A stretch of 32,000 nt of DNA from Trichodesmium erythraeum IMS101 (GTDB lineage: Bacteria; Cyanobacteriota; Cyanobacteriia; Cyanobacteriales; Microcoleaceae): the NCBI RefSeq assembly GCF_000014265.1, contig NC_008312.1, forward strand, positions 5,370,001-5,402,000, written 5' to 3'. The notes beneath the pieces were generated by a model, which saw only the letters and a list, made by a program, of their open reading frames with translations, made no database searches and was not told the DNA's origin. This document shows positions 25,191 to 32,000 of the stretch, in pieces (position 1 is the first letter of the stretch; each line of letters begins with the position of its first letter). Made by a program: the position numbers and the translations under genes.

Positions 25191-25461
25191 AGCGATCGCC
25201 GCAGTAAATATAGAAGAAAAATTAGTTTCAGTAAAAATTAATCAAAGAAAAATTATCATCTCTTCATCAATTCTCAATTATAATTCAGCTCTAAAAAACT
25301 ATCTCTGGTCAATAGGTATCAGAGAGCCAGAAATACTGAAGAAACTCAGAAAAGAAACATCAAAACTCAAAAGTAGGTGATGCAAATATGCCCAGAGCAA
25401 AGTACCTTTATTCTAGTATAACTTCTCTTGAAGCAACTCATCAAAATTCATACTAAATATC

Positions 25462-25514
25462 TCTAAAAAAAACAGAAAAGCGTAGTCAAATCTCTAATAA
25501 TGATTAACTACGCT
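25462..25514 (-). terminator. Candidate Rho-independent terminator of the SdrD-like gene
   Basis: On the minus strand, an 8-bp stem agcgtagt/actacgct (25507-25514 / 25479-25486) is followed by tttctgtttttttt. It lies about 80 nt past the stop at 25593. The loop is rather large (20 nt). Confidence 0.45.
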
Positions 25515-25592
25515 AAAAATTTTACCTTTAACTTCAGCCTCAGTTTTGAGCCTGAATTCTAGTGCTATCTAAACACTAGATAAATCTAGAAA

Positions 25593-28500
25593 TTATACAC
25601 GGGCATTACCAAAATTCACATCAGAAACATTTTGACCACCAGATACGTTGATCAAACTTGCTTGACCAGAAGGGGGAGCAGTTTGATTAAAGATAGCGCT
25701 CTGCTCTGGGTTTAAGTCCTGACGAATTGTATAACCAGCATCTGCCAAACCAGGGAAGCTATAGTTACCATTGATATCACTAGCAACAAGTACTTCATTA
25801 GCATCTTGAATAGAGTTGTTATTCTGATCCAAGTAAAGAACAACACCACCAATACCAGGTTCACCAGGATCTAGCAAACTATTAGCATTGAGATCCTCAA
25901 AAGTTATCCCACTAATACTACCTGTACCTGTAGGTGGTGGTGGCGGTGCCACAGGTAATATTGGTTGTGGCGTAGTGCTATTACCAAAGTTGACAAAATT
26001 AGCATCATCCCCTGCAAACAGTGTCACAACAGGGTTTTGACCAGTTTGGAATAGACCTGGTAATGGTAACTGTTGAACTTTGTAAGTACCAGGTGGTATC
26101 TCAAAATCATATACTCCCAACGAATCTGTAACCGCCTTACGTTCCTCATTATCAAGGATTAAGTTATCATTGCGGTCAAGGAATACAGTAGCACTAGGAA
26201 TACCATTCTCTCCTGGACCTATCAAGCCATCACCATTGATATCATTGAAAACAACACCACCAAGATTTGCAGTAGTAGGCACAGCAGGCGGGAGATTTGT
26301 AGGAGCATTCGCAAGGTTAACAAACTCAGCATTGTCCCCTGCTGCCAAAGTAATTACAACAGGAGATGGAGTACTAGAGTCAGTGAAACCTGGTTGTGCT
26401 TCCTGACGAACAACATAAGTTCCTGGAGCTACAAACGGGATATCGTAGCGACCAAATTGGTCCGTTAAAGCAAACCGCTCATTACTATCTCGTTCCCCGT
26501 TCTCATTAGCATCTATGTAGATAGTAACATCAGGCAGTTGAAGTTCACCAGCCTCTGCCTGACCATCAGCGTTATCGTCTATAAATGCAATACCAGAAAT
26601 ATTAGCAAAATCAGGAGGAGGAAGAACCGGAGACTGCCCAAAGTTAATTACTATGTTAGAGTTCTCAAACGCATCAACCGTAATTGGAAGATCTGTTGGA
26701 GTTGTAGCAGTATAACTTTGTGAAACCACGTTGGGATCATTCGGGTCTGTAATAGGGTCTGGTGGAATTAGTCGTAATGTGTAAGTACCAGGCAACAAAC
26801 CAACAATTGCATAGTCTCCGTTAGTATCTGTGAACGCATTAGGTTCAATATCTCGGTTGTCAAGAATACCATTCTCATTTAGATCTACATATACCTGGAA
26901 ACGAGGTACACCCATTTCTACACGCTCATCAGGATCAAGGATGCCATTGACATTAGTATCATTAAAGTCTTGAATACCATTACTATTAAAGTCTTCAAAG
27001 ACATTTCCTGTAATTAGGGTTTGTGGTTGGTTTCCAAAGTTGTAAACAACACTACGACCACCGCCAACTGTTACTACTGCTGGTGGAGTAGTTTGCACAA
27101 ACCCTGTACGATCAAGAATTTGTAGTAGGGGAAATGATCCTTTTTTACCAGATGCATCTAGACCATAAGTACCATCAGGACCACTAAGTTGATTTGGTTC
27201 AAAGCCTTGTATTTGTCCGTCTGTGTGAGTGTCTAAGAAAACCTCAACACCAGGTAAACCTACTTCCCCTTTTAGAGGTTCAAATAGTCCGTTACCATTA
27301 TTGTCAGCAAATACAATACCACTAACAGTATCTTTCTCTGGTGATGTGACGTTAACACCCACATCAATATTAGTTACACTTTGACCAAAGGGAAGATTAA
27401 TCGAAGTTGGTGATACATTAGGGTTTGGTACCACCTCACCGACAGTAACATTAATAACTGGGCGAGTGGCAGTTAAGAATAAGTTTTCTTGCTGAACAAC
27501 ACCAATTGTATAATTAGCAGGAGTTACACCATTAAATGTATAACGACCATCAGGAGCTGTAAAAGTTGCAACTTCGTCAACATCAACTACACCATCGCCA
27601 TCTATGTCTTGTTCGCCTTCATTTATTATCCCGTCACCGTTAAGATCTTCACGGCTATCTAGTCGTCCATCACCATCTATATCTAAGAAAACTTCAGCAG
27701 TTGGAATACCTGCTTCTCCTGAATCTTGGACTCCATTGTTATTACTATCAGTAAAGATGATACCACTAATACTGGTATTCGGGTCAAAGATACTGGTATC
27801 ACCAAAATTGTATACAACAGTCTGACCGGGAACAACTGGAACTAGGGGAGTAGGAGTAGTGTTAACAAAACCTGCAGGTGGTGTTTCTAAAACTCTAAAG
27901 TTTCCTGGCTGCAATGTAAAGCGATATTCCCCGTTAGGATCTGTTCGGGTAATTGGTTCATTAGCTTCTGGGAAACCATTACCATTTTGGTCTACAAAAA
28001 CTTGAACATCTATGAGTCTTGGTTCGTCAGGACCTGCTAAACCGTCAGCATTGCGATCGTCAAATTTAACCCCAGTAATTGTACCAGAAGCAAAGGTATT
28101 CATAGGGGCATTTAGAGGAAGTGTTACTGATGCATCAACTTGGCTACCAATATTGACGAAACTAATATTGTTACCTTCAGTCAAGTTAATTACTGGATCG
28201 GGAGTAATTTGTCTGAAACCTTGTTCCTGAATTACCTTGATCGGATAAGTATTAGCTGGGATATTCTCAAAGCTATAACGACCCTCTACATCAGTCATAG
28301 ACTGAGGTTCACCCGCACTTAACTTTTTGTCATCATTAAGGTCTAGATAAACAGTGAACCCAGGAAGACCAGGCTCTTCAGGATCCATTACATTGTTACC
28401 ATTGATATCATTAAACTTAGTACCAGCAATTCTGCCTGTTCCTGTTAGTTGGCTAGCAGTTAGGTTACCGTCTTCTACTGCTTCTGGAGCAGGTGCTGGA

Positions 28501-30188
28501 AGTGCTTCTGGAGCAGGTGCTGGAAGTGGTTCTGGAGTAGTTGGCACAGAATTACCTACATTCAATATAATAGGTCGATCACCTTGTAGAAGGTTAATTG
28601 GTTCAACTATATTAATGCTCTGATCTGGAGTAGTTTTAACAAAACCAGGTTGAGGTATTTCCCTCAAAGAGTAAGTTCCTACCGGAAGAGAATCAAAGCT
28701 ATAGTCACCAGCAGGATTTGATATTGAAGCTGGTTCATTAGCGTCTAGTACATTGTTACCATTCAGGTCTAAATATAAAGTAAAATTCGCTAAACCTGGT
28801 TCTCTTGGATCTAAAAGTCCATTGGAATTAAAGTCGTTAAATTTCTTACCTCTTAATTGACCTTGAAGTAAAGGAGTGTCAGGAACTTGACCTATATTAA
28901 CAATATTAATATCTTCGCCACTTGTTACAGCAACAACTGGATCTGGAACTGTTTGAGTAAAACCAGGTTGGGGCACTACTTCGACAACGTAAGTACCTGG
29001 AGGTAAGGTATTAAAACTATATTCACCTTGATGACCAGTAATTCTAAAAGGTTCATTTTGCTCAAAGATACCATTTTGATTTAGGTCTAGATAGACAGTG
29101 GAGTTAGATAAACCTACATCTCCTGGATCAATGGCACCATTAGAATTATTATCTAAGAAATTAATACCTGAGATACCATTGATTTGAGCATTAGCAAAGT
29201 TAACCCCTGGTAAGGTTCCTCCCATAGGTACATCAACAGTCATAGTCTGAGGTTGGGTTACTACATTAAATTTTAGTTGTTGCTCTGCTTCGCGAATATT
29301 GAGGCGGGTGGCTGGCAAATTAGCTAAGAAGTAGTTACCCTCCTGGTTAGTGACATCAAATGGTTCTTTTGGATCTAGAATATTATTACTATTGATATCT
29401 GCATAGATAGTAAAGTTTGGTAAACCTTCTTCCCCCAAATCAAACATACCATTAGTATTACTGTCTAGGTATTTAACACCTTGAACATTACCTGTACCAA
29501 CAGGAGTAATGAGACCGATATCTATAGCTACGTTTGGTATTTCTTCTTCTGTTCCAGTAAAGATGATAACTGGGTTAAGAGTTGTTCTTGCTTCATTTGG
29601 TCCACGGACTACATCCACGTTTAATAGACTAGATGTAACCCCTGTAAATGAGTAAAAACCAAATTGATCAGTTACACTAGTAATCTCCCCTTCATCTAAA
29701 ACTCCATTTCTATTACTATCAAGAAATACTTCGTACCCAGAAATGATTGGTTCATTAGAATCTTGGGTACCGTTAATGTTTAGGTCTTTAAATAATACAC
29801 CACTAATATTACCGCCTGGGCCAGTTGCAGCGCTACCAAATAGAAAACCGGAAACATTAGGTTCTTCTGGGCTCAGACTAATAAATGTAGGGTCTGGGAT
29901 AGTTTGAACAAAACCAGGTTGATCAAATCCCCGAAGAGTGTAAATCTGATTTAAGGGTAAATTAGTAAAACTAAAGCTACCATCATCCCCACTAATTGAT
30001 GATAGTTCATCAGGATCTAATTGACCATTATTATTTTGATCTAAATATATAGTAATTCCTGGTAAGCCTGGTTCTAAGGCGTCCCGAAGGCCATCACGAT
30101 TAAAGTCATTGTACTTGATACCAGAAATATTACCCAGGACAGAATTTAAAGGAACTGTCTGTCCACCTATGTTGTTGTCTATACTCAC
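25593..30188 (-). CDS. Giant surface/extracellular-type protein made of 13 SdrD-B-like (Cna-B fold) Ca2+-binding repeats
   Basis: There are 13 units of about 105-120 aa. Each has GxxFxDxNxNGxxD followed by VYLDxNxNGxxDxxE...TDxxGxYxFxxLPxGxYxV...PGFxQTxP. GTG start at 30188 with GGAGGAG (30196-30202) 7 nt upstream. A Pro/Ala linker PEPLPAPAPEALPAPAPEA lies mid-protein. Confidence 0.85.
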   Translation of the reverse strand: MSIDNNIGGQTVPLNSVLGNISGIKYNDFNRDGLRDALEPGLPGITIYLDQNNNGQLDPDELSSISGDDGSFSFTNLPLNQIYTLRGFDQPGFVQTIPDPTFISLSPEEPNVSGFLFGSAATGPGGNISGVLFKDLNINGTQDSNEPIISGYEVFLDSNRNGVLDEGEITSVTDQFGFYSFTGVTSSLLNVDVVRGPNEARTTLNPVIIFTGTEEEIPNVAIDIGLITPVGTGNVQGVKYLDSNTNGMFDLGEEGLPNFTIYADINSNNILDPKEPFDVTNQEGNYFLANLPATRLNIREAEQQLKFNVVTQPQTMTVDVPMGGTLPGVNFANAQINGISGINFLDNNSNGAIDPGDVGLSNSTVYLDLNQNGIFEQNEPFRITGHQGEYSFNTLPPGTYVVEVVPQPGFTQTVPDPVVAVTSGEDINIVNIGQVPDTPLLQGQLRGKKFNDFNSNGLLDPREPGLANFTLYLDLNGNNVLDANEPASISNPAGDYSFDSLPVGTYSLREIPQPGFVKTTPDQSINIVEPINLLQGDRPIILNVGNSVPTTPEPLPAPAPEALPAPAPEAVEDGNLTASQLTGTGRIAGTKFNDINGNNVMDPEEPGLPGFTVYLDLNDDKKLSAGEPQSMTDVEGRYSFENIPANTYPIKVIQEQGFRQITPDPVINLTEGNNISFVNIGSQVDASVTLPLNAPMNTFASGTITGVKFDDRNADGLAGPDEPRLIDVQVFVDQNGNGFPEANEPITRTDPNGEYRFTLQPGNFRVLETPPAGFVNTTPTPLVPVVPGQTVVYNFGDTSIFDPNTSISGIIFTDSNNNGVQDSGEAGIPTAEVFLDIDGDGRLDSREDLNGDGIINEGEQDIDGDGVVDVDEVATFTAPDGRYTFNGVTPANYTIGVVQQENLFLTATRPVINVTVGEVVPNPNVSPTSINLPFGQSVTNIDVGVNVTSPEKDTVSGIVFADNNGNGLFEPLKGEVGLPGVEVFLDTHTDGQIQGFEPNQLSGPDGTYGLDASGKKGSFPLLQILDRTGFVQTTPPAVVTVGGGRSVVYNFGNQPQTLITGNVFEDFNSNGIQDFNDTNVNGILDPDERVEMGVPRFQVYVDLNENGILDNRDIEPNAFTDTNGDYAIVGLLPGTYTLRLIPPDPITDPNDPNVVSQSYTATTPTDLPITVDAFENSNIVINFGQSPVLPPPDFANISGIAFIDDNADGQAEAGELQLPDVTIYIDANENGERDSNERFALTDQFGRYDIPFVAPGTYVVRQEAQPGFTDSSTPSPVVITLAAGDNAEFVNLANAPTNLPPAVPTTANLGGVVFNDINGDGLIGPGENGIPSATVFLDRNDNLILDNEERKAVTDSLGVYDFEIPPGTYKVQQLPLPGLFQTGQNPVVTLFAGDDANFVNFGNSTTPQPILPVAPPPPPTGTGSISGITFEDLNANSLLDPGEPGIGGVVLYLDQNNNSIQDANEVLVASDINGNYSFPGLADAGYTIRQDLNPEQSAIFNQTAPPSGQASLINVSGGQNVSDVNFGNARV
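28481..28537. repeat. 24-bp tandem repeat (about 2.4 copies) encoding the PAPAPEAL linker
   Basis: cttctggagcaggtgctggaagtg occurs at 28481-28504 and 28505-28528, followed by a partial third copy. Confidence 0.9.
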
Positions 30189-30780
30189 GTTCTAACTCCT
30201 CCACCAAAAAATCTATACTTAATAGTGATTTGTATTTAACTAATGGCTAAAAGCCACTGAATTCAATAAAATAATATACATTTTATCAATATGATCCTTA
30301 TCATCCATGACGATTCAAGGGAAAGCGCAGACGCTGAGGATTATACCAGGTTGACTTGAATATGACAATTAGATTAGAAAATATATTGGAACAATTTACT
30401 CTTAAAACCATAAGCAAAAATTTTAAGTATTAGGTCTAGTGTAACCAGGTAAAAAAACCACCAGTTATAAAATACTCAAAGCTTTAAGAATCATTTTGAA
30501 TTTGGGATTTTTCAGTTGTGTTAACTAGTAATAGTAAGCACCCCCCCTTTTTTTTTGGGTGGGTGCTATCTGGTGTCGGGACGTTACTTATTCCTGACAA
30601 GTTCCAATTTCAGAGAAAATTTATTATCTCAACTCAAAATGCGGCAAAATTGCTAGACGGCAAATAAATATAAGCTTTTGGTATTTCCAAAACAATAAGA
30701 TATCGTACCTGAGCTGAGCTCTTGGCCAGAACTTCCTTAATAGCTTTTTGAGCCTGGACCAATTTTTTTTGACCTAAATT

Positions 30781-31284
30781 TTAATAGGCATCTTGTAATT
30801 CGTAAAATTCAGGAGAAATATAATCCTTACGTAATGGCCAACCTACCCAGTCTTCCGGCATCAAAATTCGTTTGAGATTAGGATGTCCTTCGTAGATAAT
30901 GCCATACATATCATAAGATTCTCGCTCTTGGAAATCCGCTGACTTCCAAATCCAGTAAACGGAAGGAAGTCTAGGATCATCTCTGGGTACGAATACCTTT
31001 AAGCGTATTTCTTCTGGCTGTTCTACATCGTCACTGACTTTGACCAAATGATACATACTTACCAAGTCTTCTCCAGGTCCAGCATCATAAGCACATTGAC
31101 ATTGTAAATAGTTAAACCCATAAGCATATAAAGCTGTGGCTAGAGGAATTAAAAAATCCCTATTACCTTTGATAATTTCTATTCCCTGATGATCAGGTGC
31201 TAGAAATTCATGATCAAAGCCATTGTCTGTGAGCCATTTTGAAACTTTTCCGGCTTCAATAATTGGAGCTTCAGATTCAGCCAA
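30781..31284 (-). CDS. ndhJ: NAD(P)H-quinone oxidoreductase (NDH-1) subunit J
   Basis: 167 aa. ...LQCQCAYD...DLVSMYHL...[43 protein letters not shown] is the conserved NdhJ / 30-kDa subunit signature. It overlaps ndhK by 8 nt. Confidence 0.95.
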   Translation of the reverse strand: MAESEAPIIEAGKVSKWLTDNGFDHEFLAPDHQGIEIIKGNRDFLIPLATALYAYGFNYLQCQCAYDAGPGEDLVSMYHLVKVSDDVEQPEEIRLKVFVPRDDPRLPSVYWIWKSADFQERESYDMYGIIYEGHPNLKRILMPEDWVGWPLRKDYISPEFYELQDAY

Positions 31285-31999
31285 GACTTACCTCCTCTTT
31301 TGGTATAGCTTGCAGTGCAGGTGATACTGGCATACCTATTGCTTCAGCTAGCTCTTTTGGCACTGCTTTACGGTCAGATGTTTGTAGATACTGACCTGTT
31401 AGTATTGGTTCAACAACTTTCATATTGTGCTTAACACAATAGTAACGATGTGTTTGCTGTAGTTGACCCCTTTCTTGCAAGGAATCATTAGCAATTTTTT
31501 TCCTCAGCTTAATGACAGCATCAATAATTGCTTCTGGACGTGGTGGGCAGCCAGGAATGTAAACATCCACTGGAATTAATTTGTCTACCCCACGAACTGC
31601 TGTTGGTGAGTCCATGCTGAACATTCCACCTGTAATTGTACAAGCACCCATGGCAATGACATATTTAGGTTCTGGCATTTGTTCATAAAGACGTACTAGG
31701 GTAGGAGTGTACTTCATGGTGATTGTACCAGCAGTAATTAGTAAGTCCGCTTGCCTAGGGCTAGACCGTGGAACTAAGCCAAAGCGGTCAAAGTCAAATC
31801 TGGAACCGATGAGAGCTGCAAATTCAATAAAGCAACAGGCTGTACCATATAATAAAGGCCATAAACTAGATAGTTTGGCCCAGTTATAAAGATCGTCAAC
31901 TGTAGTTAAAACTATATTCTCTGAAAGTTCTTGAGTAACTGTCGGAGATTCCTCAATAGGATTAATAATTTTTTGGTTTTGATTAGGACTTAAGACCAT
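31277..31999 (-). CDS. ndhK: NAD(P)H-quinone oxidoreductase (NDH-1) subunit K
   Basis: 240 aa. [27 protein letters not shown] and [11 protein letters not shown] supply the Fe-S cluster N2 cysteines of NdhK / PSST-type subunits. Confidence 0.95.
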   Translation of the reverse strand: MVLSPNQNQKIINPIEESPTVTQELSENIVLTTVDDLYNWAKLSSLWPLLYGTACCFIEFAALIGSRFDFDRFGLVPRSSPRQADLLITAGTITMKYTPTLVRLYEQMPEPKYVIAMGACTITGGMFSMDSPTAVRGVDKLIPVDVYIPGCPPRPEAIIDAVIKLRKKIANDSLQERGQLQQTHRYYCVKHNMKVVEPILTGQYLQTSDRKAVPKELAEAIGMPVSPALQAIPKEEVSLG

Positions 32000-32000
32000 T

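Noticed and set aside
26170-28623. Six plus-strand ORFs (60-89 aa) opposite the SdrD-like gene
   Set aside because: Antisense ORFs in repeat-rich coding DNA. Ser/Pro/Leu low-complexity translations with no start contexts.
31707-31889. 60-aa plus-strand ORF inside ndhK
   Set aside because: Antisense to the highly conserved ndhK.

Overview
AT-rich cyanobacterial chromosomal window. Evidence for the taxon: the HIP1 octamer GCGATCGC occurs 11 times (4010, 5587, 10669, 11609, 14965, 15060, 15194, 20471, 20829, 24723, 25192), and ndhK-ndhJ are present. Most genes are separated by non-coding gaps of 0.4-1 kb, a low coding density reminiscent of Trichodesmium-like filamentous cyanobacteria; I cannot confirm the species. 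Housekeeping genes on the minus strand are clpB, gloA, lipA, ndhJ and ndhK. A CheY-like response regulator and an RfaE-domain-I-like sugar kinase lie on the plus strand. Three accessory blocks encoding exported or surface proteins stand out. (1) 1-9467: two paralogous genes in which a TpsA-type passenger (TPS domain plus beta-helix) is fused in one ORF to a TpsB-type transporter (2 POTRA plus ShlB/FhaC barrel). They flank a signal-peptide-bearing CHAT (caspase-fold) protease. The last 2.1 kb of the two fusion genes forms a direct repeat at a constant offset of 7371 nt. I consider this the best candidate for an uncharacterised system: a single-chain two-partner-secretion module with a dedicated periplasmic protease. 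(2) 19536-25200: a vWA-like protein with a degenerate MIDAS motif lies divergent from a signal peptide-PPC-TPR-CHAT protein. The TPR region of that protein is 13 near-identical 126-bp units that vary only at a few codons. The gene is bracketed by purine-rich AGTCAAAAG-type repeat arrays. (3) 25593-30188: a 1531-aa protein of 13 SdrD-B-like Ca-binding repeats without a recognisable signal peptide. No tRNA, rRNA, CRISPR array, transposase or integrase was recognised. All domain calls come from reading motifs by eye, not from database searches.
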